A stretch of 32,000 nt of DNA from Candidatus Harpocratesius repetitus (lineage in GTDB: Archaea; Asgardarchaeota; Lokiarchaeia; Sigyniarchaeales; Promethearchaeaceae). Below are positions 17,815 through 27,277 of this stretch, one piece after another; position 1 is the stretch's first letter, and each line of letters opens with the position of its first letter. The position numbers were made by a program, and so were the translations under genes. The notes beneath the pieces are model-generated. The model searched no databases. It was not told where the DNA came from and saw only the letters and a program-made list of their open reading frames with translations. The DNA lies in contig JAIZWK010000001.1 in NCBI GenBank assembly GCA_021498095.1, positions 1,890,001 to 1,922,000 of the forward strand. Direction: 5' to 3'.

Positions 17815-18918
17815 ATGCCAACAAATGAATTATCACATTCCAATTATTCTACCAGTCCACACCATCGACTTAATTCGAAGAACATTTGGATTATTAGCTC
17901 AATTATTGCTGCAATTGTTATTATCGGAATCGTTTTAATAAAAATTGGCTTCAATGAGCCCCTTTACAGCCAGAATCCAACTATTTATTCGATTTTTAAA
18001 GTGATTACTGAATTCGGTGGTGATTATGCCTATATTTTCTTCTTTTTATTGATTTACCTCACAATTGATAAAGAATTTGCCGAAAGGATTATCTTTAATT
18101 TTCTGATTTCACTCAACTTTACAAATTTCTTTAAACTTACATTTCAAGATCCGCGTCCAAGTACAAGCACAATTGAAGCAAGTTATGGTTTTCCAAGCGG
18201 GCATACTACAGGAACTCTCTCTTTTTGGGGATATGTTGCTTTAAATGTGCAGGAATTTGAATCAAAACGGTCTAAGTGGCTGGTTGGAATAGGAACAACT
18301 TTGTTAATAATATTAGTCCCAATTTCAAGATTAGTGATTGGTGTGCACGATTTAGGTGATATTATTGGAGGCGTTGGTTTAGCGGGGTTTTTACTCTTAT
18401 TGTATTCATATTGGGAACCAAAAATTAGTGTTGCACCTTGGTCGATGGGAAAACGAATCTGGATTGGAGTCATCTCTGGTCTTTTAATGTGGTTGATTTG
18501 CTCTCTTTTACTTTATTGGATTCATCCTAGTGCTTTATGGGAACAAGTAGAAGATATGGCTCAACCTGCTGGTCTTTTTATTGGATTAAGTATTACAATT
18601 CCTATCGAACACCATTACATTCAATATAATCCGAAAGCACTTTCAGTCAATCAGAAAATTATTGCAGGAACAATTGGGATTGTTATTGGGATTGCATTTT
18701 ATTTTGGATTAAGCATTTTATTCGGACTCTTTCCTGATACATGGAATCCTATCATGAGGGGAGTTCGCTATTTTCTTTTTGCCATTGTACTCGGTTTAGG
18801 TCTTCCAAGCTTTTTCGTTTGGTTATTTGAATATTTGAAAAAATCAAATGAAAAGAATTTGGTAGAAATTTCTACAGAAGATTCTACAAAAGATTCGAGA
18901 AAAAATTCTGAAAATTAA
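17815..18918 (+). CDS. PAP2-family membrane phosphatase
   Basis: All three PAP2 motifs: KLTFQDPRP, FPSGH, SRLVIGVHDLGD. Multi-TM. Confidence 0.92.
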   Translation: MPTNELSHSNYSTSPHHRLNSKNIWIISSIIAAIVIIGIVLIKIGFNEPLYSQNPTIYSIFKVITEFGGDYAYIFFFLLIYLTIDKEFAERIIFNFLISLNFTNFFKLTFQDPRPSTSTIEASYGFPSGHTTGTLSFWGYVALNVQEFESKRSKWLVGIGTTLLIILVPISRLVIGVHDLGDIIGGVGLAGFLLLLYSYWEPKISVAPWSMGKRIWIGVISGLLMWLICSLLLYWIHPSALWEQVEDMAQPAGLFIGLSITIPIEHHYIQYNPKALSVNQKIIAGTIGIVIGIAFYFGLSILFGLFPDTWNPIMRGVRYFLFAIVLGLGLPSFFVWLFEYLKKSNEKNLVEISTEDSTKDSRKNSEN

Positions 18919-19805
18919 AGTTCATACATCTTTTTTATAATTTCAGGAATTAATAACCGCTTTATTTCTCTCTTTTTTTCTTTATCTACTTTAGTTCGCC
19001 CACTAAACAGCGATTTTTTAGTAATGGTATTATCTGAAACTAATAACAAGGCTCCTGCAGGGATTTTTGCTTCCTTCATTATATGAAAAAAGATTGCAGT
19101 TTCCATCTCAATTCCAATGCATCCCATGTTCACAAATTCTTCAATATGTGCAAACTGCCCTACAATTGTATCACTACTGAATATTTTCCCCAAATGTAAT
19201 CCGATCTTCTCTGAATGCTTCTCATCCTGTATTGAATTCTGTTTCTGGATTATAGAATTTGCAGCAATTTGAAGTTTGGTCGTGATTTGCGAATCCGGTA
19301 TTGAAATTTGACCAAAATAATCTTTTTCACTAAGCCGGTTTGGTGAAAGATAGCGTGAAAAACCTAAACCTGATATTGATTCAGTTGGTATTGCAAGATC
19401 ACCAATATTAAGATGAGGAACTAAGCCACCAAGTGAACCAATAAACAAGACTTCTTCACAATGAACTGATGGGAGTGTGAGCAAAAATGCAATATCTCCA
19501 AATAATGGTGCCCCTATACCCGTTTTTATGAATGTAAACGATGTTTCATCCAAAGAAATCTGCCATACACGATTAGTAACAAGCGTTTTTTGATCAGGCC
19601 AAATTTCTTTAAAAAATTCTGGTTCCCAATAGGGTGCCATAATCACTTTTGAAAGAATCTCATCTGGTTTGCATCCTAAAAAGGATTGGATAATTTGATG
19701 ATCGTTTATATTGTATTTCTGCAAGCTTTTTGATAACCATCGGGACATCGAGCTATTTTTATATTCATTCATTATTAGTAAAGAAAATATTTTTAATGAT
19801 TTCAA
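18915..19805 (-). CDS. Nucleoside phosphorylase family protein (PNP/UDP)
   Basis: TGIGAP, LFIGSLGGL...IGDLAIP, GKIFSSD, GCIGIEMETA, LVSDN. The start may be ATG 19772. Its stop overlaps the PAP2 stop. Confidence 0.88.
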   Translation of the reverse strand: MKSLKIFSLLIMNEYKNSSMSRWLSKSLQKYNINDHQIIQSFLGCKPDEILSKVIMAPYWEPEFFKEIWPDQKTLVTNRVWQISLDETSFTFIKTGIGAPLFGDIAFLLTLPSVHCEEVLFIGSLGGLVPHLNIGDLAIPTESISGLGFSRYLSPNRLSEKDYFGQISIPDSQITTKLQIAANSIIQKQNSIQDEKHSEKIGLHLGKIFSSDTIVGQFAHIEEFVNMGCIGIEMETAIFFHIMKEAKIPAGALLLVSDNTITKKSLFSGRTKVDKEKKREIKRLLIPEIIKKMYEL

Positions 19806-19927
19806 TCTTTGGAAGAAGATTTACATTCGGTTGATGAATATTTTTGATTTCAATTTAAAATTGGAATAAATAATGATCACTTTTATAAATAGGAGTATTT
19901 AAATTTGTAAAACACAATATTGTAGAC

Positions 19928-20539
19928 ATGGAAGCGCAACCGTCATCTAATTTAGGTAAAAGCGGATTGGAATTAGATAAACTTGATGAAGCTTTAAAAT
20001 TAGTTCGTACAACTAAAACTAATATATCACATCTATTTAATGAACTTGAAAGAGTGATTTCTACGACTAAACTGGACATAATTGAATTACGGGAACAGCA
20101 AGAATATTTAGAAGAAGAAAAGATTCGATTACAAAAAAAAGCTCAAGATCAACAAAAAGCTATCTCTGGTTTAACACAAGAACAGCATCAACTACTCGAA
20201 GAATATGCAAACGTCAAGCTTGAACTTGAAAAACTCACAAAATTAGCAAGTGGGGATGAAAATGTGAGTATTCAAGACATGCGCGCCACTTTAGCCATAT
20301 ACACATCCTTATTCAGTGAAGTATATTCCACAGAAGCTCATTTTAAGATTTTACTATTGTTACATGGTGAATCAGGAGAAATGACTATAGAACAATTGAA
20401 AAACGCATCAGGTATTGGGGGGGCGATCATTCTTCGAGCTTGTCACGAACTACATAAAGCCAATTTGATTCATTTTGATTTTGAAACAAAAACTGCTACT
20501 CTCGTTAATCGCCTATTTCCAGAACGTAAATCAAATTAA
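19928..20539 (+). CDS. Coiled-coil protein with a C-terminal winged helix
   Basis: Heptad-rich N-terminal half, then HFKILLLLHGESGEMTIEQLKNASGIGGAIILRACHELHKANLIHFD (wHTH pattern). Confidence 0.7.
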   Translation: MEAQPSSNLGKSGLELDKLDEALKLVRTTKTNISHLFNELERVISTTKLDIIELREQQEYLEEEKIRLQKKAQDQQKAISGLTQEQHQLLEEYANVKLELEKLTKLASGDENVSIQDMRATLAIYTSLFSEVYSTEAHFKILLLLHGESGEMTIEQLKNASGIGGAIILRACHELHKANLIHFDFETKTATLVNRLFPERKSN

Positions 20540-20599
20540 GAAGATGAAAAATTATAACTTATCAAAAAATTCAAAAAGAATAATTAATTTTATTATAAT

Positions 20600-20706
20600 G
20601 GGTCCGTAGTCTAGCTTGGATAGGGCGGCAGCCTTCGGAGCTGCATGTCAAGGGTTCAAATATTAAATTTTCTTTTAGAAAATTATTGAAAATCCCTCCG
20701 GGCCCA
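20600..20706 (+). tRNA. tRNA-Arg(UCG), intron-containing (exons 20600-20660 and 20693-20706)
   Basis: Acceptor GGGTCCG/CGGGCCC, D-arm GTCT..GGAT..GGGC, anticodon stem GCAGC/GCTGC with loop CT-TCG-GA, T-arm AAGGG-TTCAAAT-CCCTC after removing 32 nt, discriminator A. CCA is not encoded. Confidence 0.93.
20661..20692 (+). other. 32-nt tRNA intron at position 59/60 with an hBHBh' motif
   Basis: Central helix TTCA(20655-58)/TGAA(20687-90), 3-nt bulges AAT(20659-61) and AAT(20691-93), intron stem AATTTTCT/AGAAAATT. Cleavage after the second bulge nucleotide restores TTCAAAT exactly. Confidence 0.9.
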
Positions 20707-20918
20707 TTTTTATTTATTAGTTTTTTTTTGATATTTTTAATAAAAAAATAATTCCTTTTTTGTAAAAACCTATTTTTCCCATGATATGATGTTCTAGCAA
20801 TTTTTTTTATCTTAATCAAATTTTATCTTTTGAGACAAAATTTTCGATAATACTTCTATTTGATACAAACTTTTTTAATTTTAATTTACGGGTTTTAAAT
20901 TGTCTTTGTCATAAATAC

Positions 20919-22262
20919 CTAATCATTTATTACCCATTTCCAAAAAGGTATTATCTGAATCTTTTTAGAAGATTTGAATTTTTTTTGAGTTTTGAGTTCT
21001 ATTGGATGATTTTCTTCATCAAATGTAATGATTAGAAGTTCACAAGTAGGATATTGTTCTGAAAATTTAACTAGAGAGCGGGTTTCACGGGAATATGTAT
21101 TAGAATCTTTTAATGAATATGATACTTGCAATGCTTGAATTGGAATATTTCGTTCTGTGATTATAAAATCAATCTCCCAATCATTAGATGATCGCCAGAA
21201 ATAAAGATGGATTATTGGATTGTTAGAAACACGTCTTTTCAATTCCAGAAAAACTTGATTTTCCAATTGTTTAGTTGTTGAATCAATCAAAAATAGTTGT
21301 AAAAATCCTGTATCACTTAGATAGAATTTAGATATATTTGTTGAGCTTTGGTGCACTTTTGTAGAAAAACGTGGTAAGCTGTGAATAAAGGCTACATCTT
21401 CAAGCATACTGAAATATTCATAAAGCGTATTTTTATCAATTTTCACACCTTGAGAGCGAAATGTGTTATAAATTTTATTTACGCTTATGGATTTGCAAGA
21501 ATTCCGAATTAGAAAATGGATTAAGTTTTTTATCATTTTTGTGTTTCGGATACGATATCTATCAATTAAATCCCGATAAATGGTCAAATCAATGAGATCA
21601 TGTAGAATTCTTGTTTTTACAAGAAAATCTGAATTGAGGACAACTTCAGGAAATCCTCCAAATTCTAAATATTCTTTGATTAACGTTAAAATCGTTGCCT
21701 TTTCTTTAGTTGAAAAATGGGTTAAATTTGGTGATATGTTCTTGAAAATAAGGAATTCTTTAAAAGAAAGTGTGGAAATGAATGTTGTTAAAGTTCTACC
21801 TCGTAGATGTGTGGAGATTTCTTTACTTAACAGTTTGGATGATGAACCTGTAATAAAGATGGGAAAAGCATAATCATCATGAAGTGCACGTAGAAATCGT
21901 TCCCAATACATAAGATTTTGAGGTTCATCAATGAAAAAATATAAAGTGCTTTGGAGTGTATTAGAAAAAAGTGACCAATAAATTTCTAAAAGGCTTTCCA
22001 AATCATCAAATTGAATGCTACTTAGAAGTGGATGTTCAAAATTAAGGTAAATGATCTGTTCTTTGGAAATATTATGCTTTTCAATCAATTCTTGCATTAT
22101 TTGGAAAAAAAAGTATGTTTTACCTACTCGACGAGGTCCAATTAAAACTTGAATTCTTGTTGATGGTTGAAGAAGGATATTTGAATAGTCACGTGGGAAA
22201 ATGGTAGGGAATCTTCTTTCAGAAAAATCTAAAAAATATTTCCTAATTTGTTCTGGATTCAT
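20919..22262 (-). CDS. AAA+ ATPase (AAA_14) with C-terminal DUF4143
   Basis: Walker A GPRRVGKT, Walker B FFIDEPQ, ITGSSS, GGFPEV, KFYLSDTG, ENQVFLEL, EIDFII. Confidence 0.93.
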   Translation of the reverse strand: MNPEQIRKYFLDFSERRFPTIFPRDYSNILLQPSTRIQVLIGPRRVGKTYFFFQIMQELIEKHNISKEQIIYLNFEHPLLSSIQFDDLESLLEIYWSLFSNTLQSTLYFFIDEPQNLMYWERFLRALHDDYAFPIFITGSSSKLLSKEISTHLRGRTLTTFISTLSFKEFLIFKNISPNLTHFSTKEKATILTLIKEYLEFGGFPEVVLNSDFLVKTRILHDLIDLTIYRDLIDRYRIRNTKMIKNLIHFLIRNSCKSISVNKIYNTFRSQGVKIDKNTLYEYFSMLEDVAFIHSLPRFSTKVHQSSTNISKFYLSDTGFLQLFLIDSTTKQLENQVFLELKRRVSNNPIIHLYFWRSSNDWEIDFIITERNIPIQALQVSYSLKDSNTYSRETRSLVKFSEQYPTCELLIITFDEENHPIELKTQKKFKSSKKIQIIPFWKWVIND

Positions 22263-22296
22263 ACAGTATATAAAAAGAAATTATGATATTAAAATA

Positions 22297-22395
22297 TCTG
22301 TACATACCCAGAAAAAAAAAGAAAAAAAATCTGTACATACCCAGAAAAAAAATGATAAAATTTCTGTATAAGCCCAGAAAAAAAAATAGATAAAA
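22297..22395. repeat. Three 33-bp tandem repeats, each with a TCTG-N8-CAGA palindrome
   Basis: TCTGTACATACCCAGA at 22297 and 22330, TCTGTATAAGCCCAGA at 22363, each followed by an A-tract. Confidence 0.85.
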
Positions 22396-22451
22396 AACGA
22401 TCTCACATTTCTTATTTTATCAACTATTCATACAATTCATTCTGGGTTAAT

Positions 22452-22790
22452 TTAAAATGGATAAAATAGATCTTCCAACCAAAACTTTGCAACAGTGCCT
22501 ACCTTCTTAAGAATCAAATCTGACTCAATTTTTCCCCCAAGAGTTCGTTGGAACATTTTTACAATTTTATGAAGTTCATCATGCTTATCTCTATCTGAAA
22601 CATGGAATAAAGCGGATATTTCTTTATGATTTTTTTCTTCCCATTCGTTAAGTATCCGTTCACAAGATTTTCGGATGGATTTTGGATCGATTTCTGTGAT
22701 ATCGCTAATTCTTTTTACCATTTTTGCAAATTTTTCTACTTGGGTGGATTTGCTGATAAATAAATTTTTCATTATGCTATTTTCCTCCAT
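22452..22790 (-). CDS. Hypothetical helical protein
   Basis: 112-aa ORF with ATG start and protein-like composition, no overlap with long genes. No family recognised. Confidence 0.65.
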   Translation of the reverse strand: MEENSIMKNLFISKSTQVEKFAKMVKRISDITEIDPKSIRKSCERILNEWEEKNHKEISALFHVSDRDKHDELHKIVKMFQRTLGGKIESDLILKKVGTVAKFWLEDLFYPF

Positions 22791-22985
22791 TGATGTTGAT
22801 TATTATTGATGAATATTTTAATCGAGATGAAATGTATAAAGGTTTGTATGGGTGGAAGTGAGAAGTATAAAAAAAATAATAAAGCAAAAAGAATGAAAAA
22901 TAAGAATCTTAAGAAAGTAGCTTATGGAGATTGTGAATAAAATGGATATGATCTTTTTAAAGTATTGCTTACTTATTTGGCAATT

Positions 22986-24350
22986 ATGAGTCTTCATCAA
23001 TTATCATTACGAGATAAAAGAAAATTTTTTGTTGTAATACTAAGTATTTTTGCTCTATTTCCTGTTTCTATGCTAAATGTTTCTGCTTATACTACGATTT
23101 CTAACAGTGTTATTCAACAAGATGATTGGAAAGTAAAAAAAGGAATGGAATTAAAATACACACTTAATATTCAAAAATCAGACCTGAACTCTTCATTTTT
23201 TAATAGTATTGTCAATGAATATCAGTATGAAAATTTGAGTAAAAATTTCTGGGGAACACCTCAAATTACAGTCAGAATTGATGAAATTCCATTAAATATG
23301 AGTTTTAGGGATATATGTTTCCAAATTCTCCAACTATCTGGCCCTATTCCCGTTTCTCAGCAAATTGATGATAATTGGAATCAAAAATCAAATATAATCC
23401 TCCCCTTTGTTATTCCTATAAATTACTGGGATCATTTAACAGATGAATTCAAATCTTTACCTAATGTAATGGATGTAGACCAAAGTTATTCTTCATATAC
23501 AGGTGAATATAGCTACAGTATCCATCAAGCTAGTATGTTAGATGGAAAAATTACTCATTTCTACTATTATCCAACATGGCAAGATGATGACGGAGTTTTA
23601 CAAGCTATTACGATTGAGTTAGTGAATCATTATCAGCATGATCAAATAGAATTTGTATTATCAGGTCAAACTAACTTTGTTTCTCCTAATAACACTGTTG
23701 TTATAATTATTTATGGGATATTAGCTATTATTATCATTTTAGGATTACAGTTTTATCAAAAAAAACGATTGAAAGAAAAAAGAATCATAATTGAGCAAGA
23801 AACTAAATTGGAAAAAGAACATGGGATAACACATGAGCGTCGAGGTGAATTAGAACATCTACTCCAGAATCTATCTGTTTTTAAACAGAAACATACTAAA
23901 CGATGGACTATTTCAAATTTAATCTCTCTTGGAATTGTGATTGGGGCTATTAAAATACTTGAAAACATTAATCCAAGTGCAAATGATGAAGTGCCAATTA
24001 TATTGACAATCTCAGGTGGAATATTTATTGCAGGTATATTAGTTTCTTGGCTTTCGATTCCATTATTTCAATTTGGGAAAAGATTATTTCCATTAGATAG
24101 CCAAAAACAAGGAAAAATGATCGATCCAAGCCCATTGCTCGTCGTTATTGGAACAATTGCTGTAATTTTAGGTGTCTCTAGTCTTCAAAGTTTAGAAACC
24201 ATTTCTTCTTTGCAAGGAAAATTAGTGATTGCTGGTGAATCATTATTATTAATAGGCATTGTGTTGGTATTTTTCTCTCTACTTAATCCTTGGCATCGGT
24301 TCAAAATATTTGAAGAAGAAATTAAACATCAATTGACTAATGCATTGTAA
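22986..24350 (+). CDS. Membrane protein: signal peptide, extracellular domain, then about 5 TM helices
   Basis: Hydrophobic N-terminus ending LNVSA, ~210-aa polar domain, TM VVIIIYGILAIIIILGLQFY, basic linker, then four more hydrophobic segments. ATG 22986 preferred over TTG 22965. Confidence 0.75.
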   Translation: MSLHQLSLRDKRKFFVVILSIFALFPVSMLNVSAYTTISNSVIQQDDWKVKKGMELKYTLNIQKSDLNSSFFNSIVNEYQYENLSKNFWGTPQITVRIDEIPLNMSFRDICFQILQLSGPIPVSQQIDDNWNQKSNIILPFVIPINYWDHLTDEFKSLPNVMDVDQSYSSYTGEYSYSIHQASMLDGKITHFYYYPTWQDDDGVLQAITIELVNHYQHDQIEFVLSGQTNFVSPNNTVVIIIYGILAIIIILGLQFYQKKRLKEKRIIIEQETKLEKEHGITHERRGELEHLLQNLSVFKQKHTKRWTISNLISLGIVIGAIKILENINPSANDEVPIILTISGGIFIAGILVSWLSIPLFQFGKRLFPLDSQKQGKMIDPSPLLVVIGTIAVILGVSSLQSLETISSLQGKLVIAGESLLLIGIVLVFFSLLNPWHRFKIFEEEIKHQLTNAL

Positions 24351-24408
24351 AAAAAATGAATTTTCCATAAATTTCATAGATATCAAAAAAATAAGGAGAT
24401 AAAAACAT

Positions 24409-25068
24409 TTGGAAGAAGAATTATATTTGTTAAAACTAAAGGATGTTAAAATGGCTGGAGATCGTTTAGCTGAAATATTCTTCGAAGATCCTACGAGCAT
24501 CTATGGATTACCTGATATCAATAAACGCCAAGACAAATTAAGGTATGCATTTCGATCAATTGCCCATGTTTGTTTAAAATATGGCTCGTTATATGCAACA
24601 TCACCTGATCTTGAAGGATTAATTGGATTTCTAAATGTATCTAATTACAATCAATTTGAACGACGATTTATTCTCAGTAGTATAAAAAAAGGTATATTTA
24701 GAATGGGACTTGGGACAATTCACCGCCTCAGTCTTTTTGGGAAAGAAATAAAAAGAAATCATATACTCTATAAATTAAAGTCAATAAAACTAATTACAAA
24801 CCAATCAAAAACTGCAAAAATTTTTCATCCATATATCTATCTAATGGTAATTGGTGTTCAAAAAGATCATCGAGGTAAAGGTATCGGAACTAAAATGCTT
24901 AGATTTGTTATTGATGAAAGTGAAAATCAGCAGCTTCCCATTTTTTTGGAAACTGAGTTGGAGCAAAATGTTCGCTTTTATGAAAAAAATGGTTTTAATA
25001 TTGTAGAACAAGTAAATGTTAAGAAAGCAGGAGTGACTATATGGTTTATGAGCAGAGAATTAAGTTAA
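24409..25068 (+). CDS. GNAT-family N-acetyltransferase
   Basis: YIYLMVIGVQKDHRGKGIGTKML (motif A) and FLET...NVRFYEKNGF. SD AAGGAG before the TTG. Confidence 0.92.
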   Translation: MEEELYLLKLKDVKMAGDRLAEIFFEDPTSIYGLPDINKRQDKLRYAFRSIAHVCLKYGSLYATSPDLEGLIGFLNVSNYNQFERRFILSSIKKGIFRMGLGTIHRLSLFGKEIKRNHILYKLKSIKLITNQSKTAKIFHPYIYLMVIGVQKDHRGKGIGTKMLRFVIDESENQQLPIFLETELEQNVRFYEKNGFNIVEQVNVKKAGVTIWFMSRELS

Positions 25069-25139
25069 AATAATAAAATAGTTGGATTTTGTAAATAAGA
25101 TGAAAAAAAAGGAAAAAAAAAACTTCTAATTAGTATGTT

Positions 25140-26615
25140 TTAGTATATATGTTCCATTAATTGAAACCAACCCGCTGATGTTGCCCAAGGAACGTGTGTA
25201 CTACTATAGGCAACAGGGAACCAATAACCAGAAGATTTAGGACAATAAATACTCAATCCATGACAATAATCATAACTTGTTTGCCAATTTGTTTTACTTG
25301 TATGACAAATAACTTGATTTAGTATATCTATTATATTTTGAGCTTGGATTCGAATATAACTCGAATATGGATGAGTTGCACACATTTCTAGAAAATCTAT
25401 AACATCATATATTTGATCATCGGAACATTCTAGCATAACATGTTTTCCTCTATCATCAGGCATATTTTGAAGAGAATTAATAAATGTTCTCGTTATCTCA
25501 TCAAACATGAGCCCTCCTGTTCTCATTTCACTGCACATAGCGCTAAATTTTGATGTAAGATCAGACCATTTAGTTAAATCACACGTTACTAAAATTTGGA
25601 CTTTTGATGTCTTCAGTTCAATATAATTAACAATTTCATCACAAATGCTATTTGCTAATGTTTTAGGTGTCTGAAAGAGACTATTTTTTAGTAATTCTAA
25701 AACTCCAACGATATTTGATTGACTATCATAAAATACAAGAGGATGCGCATAACCGTCATTAGATGAGGTACCTGAAAGCATAAATTCAGTTCCAACATAA
25801 TAATCCACTTTACCTGCCAAACCTCCAACAAATTCGATTGCCCCCGCAAAACAATTCCCTGCAACAAGAATATCAATATTTTTTCCAGAAAAAGCTGTTG
25901 CTAATTCTCCAGCTGTTAGTAAATTCTGTTCTCTTTCATGTAAGCCATAAAAATCTTCTACTTTATCTACTCCAGTTGGCATTATTCCTCCAGGAGAATT
26001 TGGAAATTGCTCTTTTGAGAATTGACTATGGCCATGTCCTGTAAAGCAAAAAACATAATTATTCGCAGGACAGTCTTCTTGACTATCATCAATAAAGCTT
26101 TCTAAAGTATCTGCAGAAGACATAAAGTTTGCAATAATTGTTGGTTCTTTATTCTCAATTATAATGTCCCCATTTATGATCTTAATGAATTTACTATGTT
26201 GATCTATAAAAGAGTATTCAGTCGATTGTCTATAGTTATCAACCATCATAGTAATATAGACATTATTCCAAAAAGTGGAAAGATCAGATAATTCACAAAA
26301 ATTCATAATTTGTTGATAAATCTCATTTAAAGCAGTTTTTGTAAATGAAATTCTCTCAAGTTGCAAATCTACGTATTCTTCAGCTGAACAATACCACATA
26401 ACAGTCCATTGTTTAGTTCGCGGATTTGGAATATCCCTATTATATGGATAAGGATCATTTGAGTCAATTACACCGTCTCCATCTGAATCAATAGGTTCAG
26501 GAGGAGGTGGAAAGAAAAAGAGTGCTGCCTTAACTGTACTTGGAAAAATAGTCATTAATAGACACAAACCTATTAATATCTTAATTGTGCTCTTTGCTAA
26601 CTTATAACTTTTCAT
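25140..26615 (-). CDS. Secreted clostripain-family (C11) cysteine peptidase with a Ca-binding DxDxDG motif
   Basis: Signal peptide ending VKA, DSDGDGVIDSNDPYP, WTVMWYCSA, NYVFCFTGHG, DILVAGNCFAGAIE, YYVGTE, GLSIYCP. The start could alternatively be 26633. Confidence 0.8.
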   Translation of the reverse strand: MKSYKLAKSTIKILIGLCLLMTIFPSTVKAALFFFPPPPEPIDSDGDGVIDSNDPYPYNRDIPNPRTKQWTVMWYCSAEEYVDLQLERISFTKTALNEIYQQIMNFCELSDLSTFWNNVYITMMVDNYRQSTEYSFIDQHSKFIKIINGDIIIENKEPTIIANFMSSADTLESFIDDSQEDCPANNYVFCFTGHGHSQFSKEQFPNSPGGIMPTGVDKVEDFYGLHEREQNLLTAGELATAFSGKNIDILVAGNCFAGAIEFVGGLAGKVDYYVGTEFMLSGTSSNDGYAHPLVFYDSQSNIVGVLELLKNSLFQTPKTLANSICDEIVNYIELKTSKVQILVTCDLTKWSDLTSKFSAMCSEMRTGGLMFDEITRTFINSLQNMPDDRGKHVMLECSDDQIYDVIDFLEMCATHPYSSYIRIQAQNIIDILNQVICHTSKTNWQTSYDYCHGLSIYCPKSSGYWFPVAYSSTHVPWATSAGWFQLMEHIY

Positions 26616-26689
26616 AATTATTTCACTTTTCATCTAGATTCTAATATCAAAACTTAAAAAAAAGAAAAACAAATTACTGAATTAAATAA

Positions 26690-26709
26690 TTTGTTATTAT
26701 CATAACAAA
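26690..26709. promoter_or_regulatory. Palindromic operator candidate TTTGTTAT-N4-ATAACAAA
   Basis: Perfect 8-bp arms in the divergent gap between the peptidase and the wHTH gene. A third TTTGTTAT half-site is at 26751-26758. Confidence 0.55.
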
Positions 26710-26802
26710 ATATTTATCAAAACATATTTAAATCTTTTGAAAAAACAATATTTGTTATGAATAAGTTTTTATATATCAATCGTATTTCACTAAATAAGGG
26801 AT

Positions 26803-27228
26803 ATGGCTTCACTAGATGAACAAAATAATTTGCAATTTGATATTTCTATTTTAACTTTGTTTAAATTAATTGACTATATTGAATTACTAGCAAATAACCC
26901 TGAAGGTCTTTCAAGAACAGAAATTCGTAAAATGCTTCCTATTTCTTCAACACCTGAAATGAATTGCACAGAAACTTTATTTAAAGCAGGGTTCATTGTA
27001 AATGCAAAAATATTGAAAGGTAAGAAATTTAAATTAACAAAGAAAGGAATAGATTTTTGGAAATTACTTCAATCTCTTGATATTTTTATAAAAAAAAGCA
27101 CTAATAAATCAACTGCCTCAAATGAAGAACTCCTAATTTTAAAAGATGCAAAACAAATTATGGAGAAATATATAAAAGCACTTGAAGAAAAGAATCATCA
27201 GATCAAAACTCTAAGTGATTTATTTTAA
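26803..27228 (+). CDS. Winged-helix transcriptional regulator
   Basis: IELLANNPEGLSRTEIRKML...LFKAGFI...KKFKLTKKG (wHTH with LTxKG wing) and a C-terminal coiled coil. Confidence 0.75.
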   Translation: MASLDEQNNLQFDISILTLFKLIDYIELLANNPEGLSRTEIRKMLPISSTPEMNCTETLFKAGFIVNAKILKGKKFKLTKKGIDFWKLLQSLDIFIKKSTNKSTASNEELLILKDAKQIMEKYIKALEEKNHQIKTLSDLF

Positions 27229-27277
27229 AAGAATGGTTAGATTTTTATACTTTCCAAATTACACTTAAGTCAATCCT

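Noticed and set aside
20828-20870. TTTGAGACAAA / TTTGATACAAA pair 30 bp apart
   Set aside because: Short, AT-rich and only two copies, so plausibly chance.
22297-22395. CRISPR mini-array
   Set aside because: The repeat core is only 16 bp, the intervening sequences are near-identical A-tracts rather than unique spacers, and there are no cas genes.
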